From Euryarchaeota archaeon TMED99 (GTDB lineage: Archaea > Thermoplasmatota > Poseidoniia > Poseidoniales > Poseidoniaceae), in NCBI GenBank assembly GCA_002170315.2, contig NHFA02000025.1, positions 7,084 to 71,083 of the forward strand: a stretch of DNA of 64,000 nucleotides. The letters are read 5' to 3'. The position numbers and the translations under genes were made by a program. This document shows positions 18,339-28,040 of this stretch, one piece after another (the stretch's first letter is position 1; every line of letters begins with the position of its first letter). The notes beneath the pieces are model-generated. The model saw nothing but the letters and a program-made list of their open reading frames with translations. It was not told the DNA's origin and did no database searches.

Positions 18339-21300
18339 TCAGTCTTCATCGTACTCTTCATCGTATTCGTCTTCGTCCTCTTCCTCATCTTCCCAGTCTT
18401 CTTCATCTGAGAAAACGCCATCAGCGTGGTCGATGGTGGTTCGAGATGCGACCGATGCAACGCCGATGAGAACGAGAATTGAGGTAATGATGAAGATTAA
18501 CGCAAGCGGGCTTTCACGTGCTTGGTCTACCCAACCAAAGTATTGAGCGTAAGCGATGTCAATTGAATGTTCAGCGCTGTTATCGTCATCATTCACTTCG
18601 ATAATGAGGTTGTCATAATCAACGACTACACGGATACGGTCGACATCTTCAGCCGACCATGTTGTGCTGACTCGTACCACTTCGCCACCGTTAATTCCAG
18701 CAACACCTACCGTGTCAAACGGCTTTTCATCATCGCCAGAATAGAAGGCTACCTTGAACAGTTGCTCGGTTGATCCTCCAACATTAATGACATCAGCATT
18801 GATGATAATGTTTGAACCTGGTGCGATGTGGTCATCAGAAAGTGAGATTGAGTTTACGCGTAGTTCTGGGCCAACCGCTCCCAAACGTATCCATTGACGT
18901 TCAAAATCTGTGTCGTCGACTGCAAGTTCAGGAATCGGACTTGCTTCAGAGTTTGAGACAACAGGGAATTGATTTCCCGCAGCATCATAGCCGGTGACAT
19001 AGAATCCAACGAAATCACCTTCTTGAACAACAATTCTTCCTCCGTCGGTCAAATCGACTGCACCGGTCCAAATTACATTTTGTCCATCTTGTTGCATACC
19101 GAGAAGAGTAGAACCTGCACCAATGGTAACCGTTCGAGTCGCATCACGCATAACCCAATGCACCATTTGGCTCGAACCGGTAAGGTCTGCGTCTTCAGTT
19201 CCGTGGAATTCAACTGGAATATTTGTGAGGTCATTGTTCAACGAAATATCGATGACATTCAGTGGTGAAATACGGCGAACAACACGTGGTGCTGCATCAT
19301 CGACAATAACTTGCAATGTTGTTGAAACCAGTGTTCCAGTCATGTCTTCTCCTCGTCCAGGGATATTGGTGATGGAGATGAGACATGTTCGGGTTGGAGA
19401 CGATTGGAGTGTTGAAGCGGATGAGAGGGGTACTTCGACCGAAAACTCTCCGAGTGAACTGATTGAGCCATCGCTCCACATCTTTTCTCCATCGAATACC
19501 TCGATGAGTATTCCTACGTCCCGAGGAGCGGCAACAGAACTACCCTCGTAGACGACACGACCAGTAAATGCCAATCGGTCATCCTTTCGAACTCGGCTTC
19601 CATCAGCTACAATTCCAGTTCTTGGTTCTGAAATATCTTCAACCAAATATTCTGTTGGTGAGAGCATCAAATCATTTTCAACTCTGAATGTATGTTCAAG
19701 TAACAATATTTGCGCATCATCGTCGGCTCCTCTTTCTTTGTAAACCAATGCCACGTCACCCATTTCTTCATCTGGCCAGTCCCAACCTATGACAAATTCA
19801 AAGGTTACAATAATCCAAGGCAAACCAGATTCATTGGTTGTTTCAACCATTGAACTGCTTGTCATGAGCGTGATGAAATCACTTTCAGACCAGAATGTGT
19901 TGTTGATTCCAGAATATGAAATACGCTGTGCGTCTCTCAAAGGATTCGGGCCTTCAAAGTCAAAGACAAGAGAGATGTGTTCAAAATCAATAGCGGTGTT
20001 AGCATCGATGAAACCGAGCGTAATGGTCTGCTTCATACCGGCAAATACAGGCGCGTTATCTTCGTGACCCATCCAATCCAATCCGGTGAATACAGCTGTT
20101 GAATCTTTACGGGTGCGGAATGTAGCATCATCGTAAAGGAAGCCTGGGCCTGATTGGAATTCATGCAAGACATCATCACTGTCCATTTGGGTGTAGTGCA
20201 ACGGATTTCCTGCTTGGTCTCCTCCAGCCCAATAGTACGAAACTCGGCCCATATTTGGGTTTCGAGAATGGTCAATCGTCGTGATAAACCACTTGTTCTT
20301 GGCTACGGTAGAATTGTGAACGGCCTTGGACATGTATTCTTGAGGGTCAGGTTCTCCATTTCGGTTAAGGTCATGATCGGATTCAACCCAATACATCAAA
20401 TCAAGCGCCATTGGATGACCAACATCATCGTTGATGAGTACTTTCACTTCTTGAACAGTACTCGCTGCCTCATAACTTTCGTCAATAGGCAATACAGCAG
20501 TCCGAAGAGGAGCGGTTGCATCGACTAAGAATGTGCGCTGCCAATCCGAATTTGGCTGCATTACATGCGTTGGTTCCTTCTCGTTATAGGTTTGAACCTC
20601 ATAGGTCAATCCGGACTCTACATCGATATCAGGAAGGTCGACTGAGATGAAGAAACTGCCGTTATTATTGGTCGTGTCTCGAGCAGTACTCTCAACCCAA
20701 CCGTTACGGGAAACACGAACGTCAAATGCGCTGTCTTTTGGTGCGTCTTCGGTGTTTTGGAACCACATCGCTCCTTGGAAGTAGAGTGTTTCTCCCGCAG
20801 CAACCCAAGAGTTATCTGGAACGTCGTCCAAAACCAATGCGCCATCATTGTCTCTAACCTTCAGCCAACCAAGTCCGAAGGTGCGGTTGACTTCCAGCCC
20901 AGTTGTACTTGTCAAATCAAGAGGAGAATATCCGGCGGAACCCGTATTATCTAAACATCCAGTTCTAAACCGGACATTGCTTTGGTCGGGGAACTCCGAG
21001 GTCACGTGGAATATCCAGTGTATTTCCAAAATTCCGTTAGAAGTAGAGGACCAAGAACTCGCATCTAATTCGATGTAATCTTCAGGGTCATTCGGACTAG
21101 GGAATATGTCTCCATTGTTCCAATACATTGTTGGATTTTTAGCAATTGAATTGGTGACGAGCGTGAGACTTGCTTCAGTCATACTGGTGGCATCTTCTCC
21201 GATGATGTGCCTTGTAACCACTTCATAGGGCTCCAATCGTTCATGGAGAATTTCGCCCTCAGGGATGTCAATGTCAAGATTGACTGTATTCATCGTATAG

Positions 21301-23411
21301 GTAATGGCAAATGATTCAAGAATCAAAATACCAGATGATTCAGCGACCAATTCAACTGTAATGTTACTGAATCCGGAGCCAGTATCAGGAATTAAATCAT
21401 TGAAGCGTTTGAGAATGTTATTTGCTCCACTGGAGGTTCCTGTAACGGTCAGTGGTCCAAGGAGCGCTCCATCCTGTGATGGCCGAGACCAACCAGATTT
21501 ACCACTGATGTCGATACCGGGTTCTATTGGAGCATTCGAGTGTTGTGCGATAGAAATATTGGAAATCGAAGGAGATACACCGGAATTTGATGTAGCAAGT
21601 TGGACTCGCATACACATGTAGTATCCAGTGCCGGTAACCGATTTGGTTTGATTCGATTGCGTATAGGTCATCACACCCGCACTTCCTGATGTACACGTAC
21701 TCGATGTTGTGAAGCCAAAGTAGACTCGAATAGAGGTACTGGCGGGTAAGGTCTCATCCCAAGTAATGGTCGCAGCGACAACGCTTTTCGTCCCCGAACC
21801 GACGTATTGGTAGGCATACATGTAGGAAGAAGTCACGTAGGAGGTGATGTATTCTATCCCCACTCCATCAAGGATTGGAGCCTTGGTAACTGTTCCATTG
21901 AGATGCGCTCTCCAAACGAACGATGTACTTGTTTGAGAAAAGGTGATTGTTTGCCCTGCTGAGACTTGCCTCCAGGTTGTTCCTCCATCGTTTGAGATGT
22001 CAACACTGATACTTGTTCCAGTAGGGACATAGCCGAGAATACTGCTAATTTTCAAGGTGTCAATCGCTTTTGAAGTGGTAAAAGTACTTCCCATAATCAT
22101 ACCTGAAGTCGAGGAATGCGTTCTCTCGTCATACAGCGCACCATCTCCGAAATTGTTGATCTTGTGACGAGTCGAGGTGCTGCAATATGCAGTGCTGTAG
22201 TAGTGGCAAGAGAAACTGTATTGGCCGGTTTCTGATTGGACCATACCATAATGTCCACCTTCAGGAACTGTAACTTCGCCCATGTGTTCAATGAAGTTAC
22301 CACGCATTGAGAAAAAGTGGTGATATGAATCGTAATTATATCCGACACCGCTCACGTATTGTTGGTCGTATTCGTTGTAAATGATGGTCGGCATATTGAC
22401 AATCATTCCAGCTCCGTATCGTGAAACGGTCGAGCCGGTTGCTAGTGTCCAAGTTCCCTGAATCGAGGATGGGGATGATTTGCTCACTTCATTGAGGTAA
22501 TGTGCGTTGGCAGAATACGAATACGTAGCAACATAGAGTTTACCTGTAGCATCATCGATATCAACACCGGTGACGTAGCTGTTACTGAAAGCGTTCCATG
22601 AACCGTCACAGCGCCATGATTTCGCAGTTCCAGTCGTGATGACAGACCATTTTGTGAGGTAGTAACTCGTGTAGTGAGCCGTGTAAACCGTCGTTCCGTC
22701 AACGGTTGCATCAACCATGTTGTAGTATGAAGATGAACTGCAGCCGTTGGTATTCAGAGATGCAGTGCCGATATAAGCGCCAGTCGTTGCGTTGATTCGC
22801 AGGATTGTTGGTGTGTTATACAGGCTTGAGGATGAATATTTCATGATATGATATTCATGGTCAATTAAAGCAACAACGCCAATGTAGCCCCATGAGGTGC
22901 TTGTGCTGACGCTAAATTGTGAGAATTTCTTTGTCAATCCGGTGTAACCTTGGTCTGACAAAGATACAAATTGTCCAGTGGTGTTTTGATACGCATTCAC
23001 TTTTGATTGAACATGAGCGGTTCGAGAGAAATCAATGGATTGAACAGATGGGTTGCCTTTGAGGGACATCGATTGAGATGCAACATCAACATTTGAACGG
23101 CTTCCTGATGTGAATGGCGATGGTGGACTTCCCGACCATGTACTGTCACCAGCGCCACCAAAGTGGGCATTGGTTGTGAAGTTCGTATACGTTGTAGAAC
23201 TCGCTTCGCCTCTCAAATTAAACTCGGCAGCTGTGACTTCTGCTCCATAGGGAATTGTGAGATGGCCGGCGGTACCATTTCCTGTACCCGAAAATGTGTG
23301 GCTGTAGGAGGATGTGCCGTCGGAAAATTGCGTCTCAACAGTTGCACCAGCAGCCATTGGGGCGAATAATGACACCATGAAGAGGAGCGTTAAAAAAAGA
23401 GCTTTTTGCAT
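18339..23411 (-). CDS. Giant cell-surface protein (1690 aa): signal peptide, repeated beta-rich modules, CARDB-like domain, C-terminal TM anchor, poly-acidic tail
   Basis: The signal peptide is MQKALFLTLLFMVSLFAPMAAGA, starting at ATG 23411 with GGTGA 5 nt upstream. The sequence is Ser/Thr/Asn-rich with many N-x-S/T sites. A CARDB-like segment (NADVINVGGSTEQLFKVAFYSG) lies near the end. The TM is LALIFIITSILVLIGVASVA and the tail is SDEEDWEDEEEDEDEYDEEYDED. Confidence 0.8.
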   Translation of the reverse strand: MQKALFLTLLFMVSLFAPMAAGATVETQFSDGTSSYSHTFSGTGNGTAGHLTIPYGAEVTAAEFNLRGEASSTTYTNFTTNAHFGGAGDSTWSGSPPSPFTSGSRSNVDVASQSMSLKGNPSVQSIDFSRTAHVQSKVNAYQNTTGQFVSLSDQGYTGLTKKFSQFSVSTSTSWGYIGVVALIDHEYHIMKYSSSSLYNTPTILRINATTGAYIGTASLNTNGCSSSSYYNMVDATVDGTTVYTAHYTSYYLTKWSVITTGTAKSWRCDGSWNAFSNSYVTGVDIDDATGKLYVATYSYSANAHYLNEVSKSSPSSIQGTWTLATGSTVSRYGAGMIVNMPTIIYNEYDQQYVSGVGYNYDSYHHFFSMRGNFIEHMGEVTVPEGGHYGMVQSETGQYSFSCHYYSTAYCSTSTRHKINNFGDGALYDERTHSSTSGMIMGSTFTTSKAIDTLKISSILGYVPTGTSISVDISNDGGTTWRQVSAGQTITFSQTSTSFVWRAHLNGTVTKAPILDGVGIEYITSYVTSSYMYAYQYVGSGTKSVVAATITWDETLPASTSIRVYFGFTTSSTCTSGSAGVMTYTQSNQTKSVTGTGYYMCMRVQLATSNSGVSPSISNISIAQHSNAPIEPGIDISGKSGWSRPSQDGALLGPLTVTGTSSGANNILKRFNDLIPDTGSGFSNITVELVAESSGILILESFAITYTMNTVNLDIDIPEGEILHERLEPYEVVTRHIIGEDATSMTEASLTLVTNSIAKNPTMYWNNGDIFPSPNDPEDYIELDASSWSSTSNGILEIHWIFHVTSEFPDQSNVRFRTGCLDNTGSAGYSPLDLTSTTGLEVNRTFGLGWLKVRDNDGALVLDDVPDNSWVAAGETLYFQGAMWFQNTEDAPKDSAFDVRVSRNGWVESTARDTTNNNGSFFISVDLPDIDVESGLTYEVQTYNEKEPTHVMQPNSDWQRTFLVDATAPLRTAVLPIDESYEAASTVQEVKVLINDDVGHPMALDLMYWVESDHDLNRNGEPDPQEYMSKAVHNSTVAKNKWFITTIDHSRNPNMGRVSYYWAGGDQAGNPLHYTQMDSDDVLHEFQSGPGFLYDDATFRTRKDSTAVFTGLDWMGHEDNAPVFAGMKQTITLGFIDANTAIDFEHISLVFDFEGPNPLRDAQRISYSGINNTFWSESDFITLMTSSSMVETTNESGLPWIIVTFEFVIGWDWPDEEMGDVALVYKERGADDDAQILLLEHTFRVENDLMLSPTEYLVEDISEPRTGIVADGSRVRKDDRLAFTGRVVYEGSSVAAPRDVGILIEVFDGEKMWSDGSISSLGEFSVEVPLSSASTLQSSPTRTCLISITNIPGRGEDMTGTLVSTTLQVIVDDAAPRVVRRISPLNVIDISLNNDLTNIPVEFHGTEDADLTGSSQMVHWVMRDATRTVTIGAGSTLLGMQQDGQNVIWTGAVDLTDGGRIVVQEGDFVGFYVTGYDAAGNQFPVVSNSEASPIPELAVDDTDFERQWIRLGAVGPELRVNSISLSDDHIAPGSNIIINADVINVGGSTEQLFKVAFYSGDDEKPFDTVGVAGINGGEVVRVSTTWSAEDVDRIRVVVDYDNLIIEVNDDDNSAEHSIDIAYAQYFGWVDQARESPLALIFIITSILVLIGVASVASRTTIDHADGVFSDEEDWEDEEEDEDEYDEEYDED

Positions 23412-23432
23412 ATGAATCACCGTTTTCCCTCA

Positions 23433-23449
23433 GTGGGCCTTTGGCCCAC
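23433..23449. promoter_or_regulatory. Perfect palindrome / hairpin in a divergent intergenic region
   Basis: The structure is GTGGGCC-TTT-GGCCCAC. It lies 22 nt upstream of the giant-protein ATG (23411, minus strand) and 99 nt upstream of the + strand gene at 23548. Confidence 0.35.
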
Positions 23450-23547
23450 GCTCTGCAAAGCATTTGAACTTCGCCCCGTACTGTCACTTTTCAAAGCGAT
23501 AGAAAAAAGAAGCCTCGCACCTCTGCTCACACTGAGGCGGACAAGTA

Positions 23548-23928
23548 ATGGGACTCATTTCGAACTGGTGGCAACAGCAACACGGACGGCAATTAGGAAT
23601 CACAGCAACACTTTCTGGTTCAATTGGAATCCTTTTCCTCGCCTCTGCGTATCAACTTCTTTTTTTACAAAATCATGTTTCATGGGGCGATTTTACCGGT
23701 CACGCCATCGGCATCGCCGTTTTCTCAGCCATAGCGTTGTTAATTGTCTTACCAGAATTTCTTACTTTGCGTGGCCATGTCAACACGTTGGAAGAGTTGA
23801 AAACCATAGAATCTACTTCCGAACTTCGCCGCCGAAAAGGGGAAGGAAACGAAGCAGCAGACGCATTAGGAGCGGGCCATTCAGTTTCATGGACGGCATT
23901 CCTTGAAAGCAAAGGACTTCGACGGTGA
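23548..23928 (+). CDS. Small membrane protein (about 3 TM) of unknown function, translationally coupled to the signal peptidase
   Basis: It has hydrophobic helices (ITATLSGSIGILFLASAYQLLFL, AIGIAVFSAIALLIVLPEFL) and a charged C-terminus. Its TGA overlaps the GTG start of the next gene (GTGA). It is preferred over the Arg/Ser-rich overlapping ORF 23406..23906. Confidence 0.5.
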   Translation: MGLISNWWQQQHGRQLGITATLSGSIGILFLASAYQLLFLQNHVSWGDFTGHAIGIAVFSAIALLIVLPEFLTLRGHVNTLEELKTIESTSELRRRKGEGNEAADALGAGHSVSWTAFLESKGLRR

Positions 23929-24953
23929 ACTTGAGGGGACAAGGCGTGAGTGACAGTGACCCGCTGAAGACATTGTTTCGGGAACTTCTTCTTGCTGCCG
24001 GAATGATTGGACTCCTCATTTTAGCATTGTATGCGCACACAGGTTCAATGCCGCCTTTGGTAGTTGTAGAATCCTCTTCAATGATTCACGATATCGATGG
24101 AGAGGTCGGCAGTATCGATGCAGGGGATTTGGTTTTAGTACACGATCAAGATTTTGATACCATCGTCACCTTTGCCGAAGCCACCGAACCTGGCAGTCCT
24201 CATTTTGGATATGCTCAGCACGGACTTGAAGGTGATGTCATTATCTACAAGAAGAATGGTGAAGCAGGCACGCCAATTATTCACCGGGCAATTATGGAAG
24301 TGGTCCCTCATAACATCACTTCTCCCAATCGCAATGCGACTATTGATGCCTCAAACTCAGAACATTGCCCAGAAGGAGGCACATATGATTCTGAATCACT
24401 GGATGAGAACGGAACCATGGGCGTTTGTGTCTTGACATGGGATGTACCTGGAACAGATGTCCGTGATGTCGAAAAAGTCACGGTTCATTTCGATGGAGTG
24501 CAGGCAGGTTTCTATGATTGCGACCGAATGGTACATGCAAATGTTGAGGCCTACCTTGTCGTTTGGGAATGGGAGCCTCGTCATGCTGGAATCCTTACTT
24601 TAGGTGATAACAATAATTGTTCGGTTGACCAAGGTTCGCAAGCGGTGAATGGTTCATCAGGTGTTCACAGTGCTTCAGGAACAGTTGGACCGATACGCTC
24701 ATCTTGGCTCATTGGCGTTGGGGGAGGAGAGATTCCGTGGCTCGGTACGGTGAAACTGATGGTCAGTGGAGAAGGTACACCGGGAACGACTTATGTCCCA
24801 AGTTCATCCTTTTTCATCTTGTTTTTCATCATTGGCAGTGTACTTGTCATTCCTATGCTCTTTGAACCACTCATTCGTCGATTGATGACCGGTGCACCTG
24901 AATTTGAACAGTCGCTAACTGAACATCAAAAGAAGATTCCAGAAGAGGAATAA
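23925..24953 (+). CDS. Signal peptidase I, archaeal/Sec11 type (S26B), enlarged
   Basis: There is an N-terminal TM helix. The Ser box is VVVESSSMIHD, followed by GDLVLV, the His box PIIHRAI and the GDNN box LTLGDNNNCSVDQ. An insert of about 110 aa lies between the His and GDNN boxes, and there is a second TM at the C-terminus. Confidence 0.75.
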   Translation: MNLRGQGVSDSDPLKTLFRELLLAAGMIGLLILALYAHTGSMPPLVVVESSSMIHDIDGEVGSIDAGDLVLVHDQDFDTIVTFAEATEPGSPHFGYAQHGLEGDVIIYKKNGEAGTPIIHRAIMEVVPHNITSPNRNATIDASNSEHCPEGGTYDSESLDENGTMGVCVLTWDVPGTDVRDVEKVTVHFDGVQAGFYDCDRMVHANVEAYLVVWEWEPRHAGILTLGDNNNCSVDQGSQAVNGSSGVHSASGTVGPIRSSWLIGVGGGEIPWLGTVKLMVSGEGTPGTTYVPSSSFFILFFIIGSVLVIPMLFEPLIRRLMTGAPEFEQSLTEHQKKIPEEE

Positions 24954-25808
24954 TCACCGTTCTATTGCTTCTTCTAAAGTCAAGTCTCCGCAAGCTACAG
25001 CGTATGCCATCTGGGAAGAAATCGTTTTACGGCCGTTGCTTTTTTTACGACTTTGGCGTTGAATTTCCCTGACTTCTCCTTCTGTTGGTTGAAGTTCTCG
25101 GAATTCCCACACCCGTTCTCCTGGAATCATGGCGATACGAATTGCAGAGATGACGTGATTATGACGCAGAAGTCCACGCGATGTTTTTGCTTCATTGACA
25201 ACTTCAATTTCCAGTTGATGAGTGAGGCAATCATTGATGATACGATCTCTGCTTAATGGCGCTCCATCACCAATCCGTATAACCATATTTTCAAAATCAA
25301 GCGCTGATGAAATGCCGATGATTTGGGCCGCTAAGTTCTCGATATGTTCGAATTGTGCTATTCCCAAAACTACCCCATCTGCTAGCCATCCAAGACCAGG
25401 GCGAGGTCCTGGGTCAATTCCAAAACTCAATTGATGAACATGACCAATTCCTCTCATCAGCCGAACAGCATTGTCAACCGCCTCCTTGACAGAATGAGGT
25501 GACGTCATTATCGGTTGTCCTTCATTGCGATACTTCACGACTTCCAGTTCGCCTCCAAACCAAATCATATCTGATTCAGGTAAGACTGCATCGTGTTCAA
25601 GAAGAATAAATCGAAGTCCACGCTTTTTGAGTTCTGTCATCAGCCGAAAAGCCAATTTGAAATCGATGGTGCGTATTGCAAGCCTTGGCACAATGAAATC
25701 TTGTTTTCCGAGATTAACTAAACTTCCGCTTTGTGGGTATTGATTCCACCCATTTAAACCTGCAAATATATACTCTCTCGAACCGAAGTCATCAAGAACG
25801 ATTGACAT
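24954..25808 (-). CDS. RNase H-fold nuclease-like protein (YqgF/RuvX-like domain) with an unknown N-terminal domain
   Basis: SFGIDPGPRPGLGWLADG and IRIGDGAPL...EIEVVNEAKTS follow the YqgF pattern (GxDxG...vGxP...DExxTS). The first ATG is 25808; the listed ORF starts at TTG 25853. Confidence 0.5.
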   Translation of the reverse strand: MSIVLDDFGSREYIFAGLNGWNQYPQSGSLVNLGKQDFIVPRLAIRTIDFKLAFRLMTELKKRGLRFILLEHDAVLPESDMIWFGGELEVVKYRNEGQPIMTSPHSVKEAVDNAVRLMRGIGHVHQLSFGIDPGPRPGLGWLADGVVLGIAQFEHIENLAAQIIGISSALDFENMVIRIGDGAPLSRDRIINDCLTHQLEIEVVNEAKTSRGLLRHNHVISAIRIAMIPGERVWEFRELQPTEGEVREIQRQSRKKSNGRKTISSQMAYAVACGDLTLEEAIER

Positions 25809-25820
25809 CGATGGAGAATT

Positions 25821-26498
25821 GTGTCGAGCCAATATGAGCGGGAACTGCGGCAAGTTCTTGCTGGTGTTCCCAAAGGTGTAGAATCCGTGATTCGTTCATG
25901 CACTCCTGTTGAAAAGCAGAAGATGCTTCAGGTGATTCAACGCCCGTTTTTAGTGGTTCGAGCTGCCGGTTCGGGTATGGAAGGAACCGGTGACTTACTG
26001 GCTTTACGTGGTGATTTATGCTTCCCGATTGAAGTCAAATCAACCCGTGCGACCAAACTCTACCTTTCCGGTCGAACAAAACTTCAGTATGAAGCGATGG
26101 TTCACGAAGGGGAGAGATGCAAACTTATGCCGTTGTATGCCCATCGCAGAAAAGGAGTTCGCGGTGATTCATGGAGAATTTTCCGTGTAGAAACGTCGAA
26201 TCTTACCGGACGTCTACGGCAACTTGAGAAATCAATTCCAGCCTTCCCAACGACGAGAAACGGTTCAGTGTATCTCAATTGGGAAGATGGAATGCCACTG
26301 CATGCTTTTGTAGCATTGGTTTGTTCCTCCGCTGGTTCAGAAAATCAGGCATTACATAATCTCAAAGTTCGCTCGTTTCGAAAGAATACGCTTGCTCAGC
26401 CTCTTCCATCAACACAACTCGAGGAAATACGTCCTGCTCAAACAATCACGGAAAAACCACTGGATGTTCTGGCAGAACTCGCCCGTCGTCGTTCTTGA
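25821..26498 (+). CDS. hjc: Holliday junction resolvase Hjc (PD-(D/E)xK) with a C-terminal extension
   Basis: The Hjc blocks are YERELRQVL, VVRAAGSG, GDLLALRG and PIEVKST (E...D...E-x-K). A GTG start has GGAG 4 nt upstream. An extra ~95 aa at the C-terminus is not typical of Hjc. Confidence 0.75.
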   Translation: MSSQYERELRQVLAGVPKGVESVIRSCTPVEKQKMLQVIQRPFLVVRAAGSGMEGTGDLLALRGDLCFPIEVKSTRATKLYLSGRTKLQYEAMVHEGERCKLMPLYAHRRKGVRGDSWRIFRVETSNLTGRLRQLEKSIPAFPTTRNGSVYLNWEDGMPLHAFVALVCSSAGSENQALHNLKVRSFRKNTLAQPLPSTQLEEIRPAQTITEKPLDVLAELARRRS

Positions 26499-27971
26499 CT
26501 AGATGTAAGGAATGAACATTACAAACAAGAGCATCACTAACAAGACAACAGAGGATAAACTCGACGCCTTGTTGGAGATATGTGAGACCCACATCGGATG
26601 GAGATTCCATAGTTTCGTCTTTTTTCCTATCTTTTTTATTCGATTAAGATTTCCGTTTAACCAATCTTTGAACAAATGTCCTCCGTCAAAAGGAACCATA
26701 GGAATGAGGTTGGTGAATCCGAGTAAGATATTGACCCACATGAGCCAGAAAAAGAAATTCACCAAGAACAAAAGCCCGGCGATTCCAAGAGTGTCACTGA
26801 TGATGCTGTCGGTTGGAACAAGCATTGCTTCTTGCACAGGATGCATAGATACACCTTGCATTTCAAAGGGTAGAATTACCATTTGAAGAATATGGAGTGG
26901 AGTGTAGATGATTTGAGCAACAATTCCCCCTTCAAATCGAGGAGAAAATGGACCTGCTAACCGATCGATACCAGAGGTGCTTTCACTGATGCCTTCGACA
27001 CCAAGAAATGCATCGCCTTGTTCGATTCCAATCGCCTCAAGATTCTCTGAACTCCATCCAAGTTCCGAATAGTACTCATACTTGTCTGAAAGCACCAATT
27101 CTACGCTTTCAAACGATCCATTTTGGTGTTGGACATCAACCGTTATCGTGTCGTTTGCACTGTATCCTTGAATGGTTGTTTGAAATCCTTCAATTCCGTG
27201 AATTTCTGTTCCATCAATTTGTAGAATAGTGTCCCATGGCTCTATTCCGGCATTGTCTGCTCCTTCGCCTTTGATAATGCCGCGAACGTGTGGATTGTCA
27301 GAGGATGATGTGAAATTTCCAGCCAGGCCACCGAGAAGTAACAAACATATGAACGCTGCAAACAAATTCGTTGCTGGTCCAGCAGCAAACATTCGCATAC
27401 GTTCTTTCCGAGGTGCTTTGTGAAGTTCTTGATATTGAGGTTCAGCGAATGCACCCAAAGGCAGAGGCCCTAATTGGAGTAGACCAAATGACCGGATACG
27501 CATTCCATGAGCACGTGCGAGTAACCCATGGCCAAATTCGTGAATGACCAAGGCGATAACAAACGCCATAGCACCCCATCCCAATGGAATCATCGGGTTG
27601 ATACCGGGAATTGCAACCAATTCACTTGCAGAAGGAGGACTTGCTGTTGGCGGGGAAAGCAGAGAGGATATGAAAGCGAGAATCATAAACAGTGCGACAA
27701 TAAACATGCAGAATAAGCACACCCAAAGGGACGCTTCACCATATATTCTCCAGAATCGTCGCGGGCGAGCAACACGTTCGAGAGTTTTCAGCCCCCGATT
27801 ACTTCGTACCATCAAAATTACACCAAATACTCGGGTTGCATCCCATCGGTCGAGTGTACCGTTTTTTTCCCAAACTCGGAGAAGAATATACCAACACAGT
27901 ATGAGGATGAAGACGAATTTCCAGTCGGCTTCTACCGACCCCCATGCTCCATCCATGGTGAGGGCAAACAC
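26499..27971 (-). CDS. Site-2 protease family (M50) zinc metalloprotease with PDZ-like insert
   Basis: The HExxH motif is LVIHEFGHGLLARAHG and the second metal motif is NLIPMVPFDGGHLF. A soluble PDZ-like segment lies between the membrane halves. GTG 27971 (AAGGAG 5 nt upstream) or ATG 27956 is preferred over the listed 28160, which overlaps the divergent gene. Confidence 0.8.
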   Translation of the reverse strand: MFALTMDGAWGSVEADWKFVFILILCWYILLRVWEKNGTLDRWDATRVFGVILMVRSNRGLKTLERVARPRRFWRIYGEASLWVCLFCMFIVALFMILAFISSLLSPPTASPPSASELVAIPGINPMIPLGWGAMAFVIALVIHEFGHGLLARAHGMRIRSFGLLQLGPLPLGAFAEPQYQELHKAPRKERMRMFAAGPATNLFAAFICLLLLGGLAGNFTSSSDNPHVRGIIKGEGADNAGIEPWDTILQIDGTEIHGIEGFQTTIQGYSANDTITVDVQHQNGSFESVELVLSDKYEYYSELGWSSENLEAIGIEQGDAFLGVEGISESTSGIDRLAGPFSPRFEGGIVAQIIYTPLHILQMVILPFEMQGVSMHPVQEAMLVPTDSIISDTLGIAGLLFLVNFFFWLMWVNILLGFTNLIPMVPFDGGHLFKDWLNGNLNRIKKIGKKTKLWNLHPMWVSHISNKASSLSSVVLLVMLLFVMFIPYI

Positions 27972-28040
27972 TCCTTCTCCTTGAAACTTGACAGGCACTT
28001 TCTCAACAAAGTTGATGATGGTTCGATTGAACCATAGGTC

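Noticed and set aside
23406-23906. A 166-aa + strand ORF upstream of the signal peptidase.
   Set aside because: It is Arg/Ser/Phe-rich with no hydrophobic-helix logic. It overlaps the alternative frame 23548..23928, which encodes a coherent membrane protein that is stop-start coupled to the peptidase.
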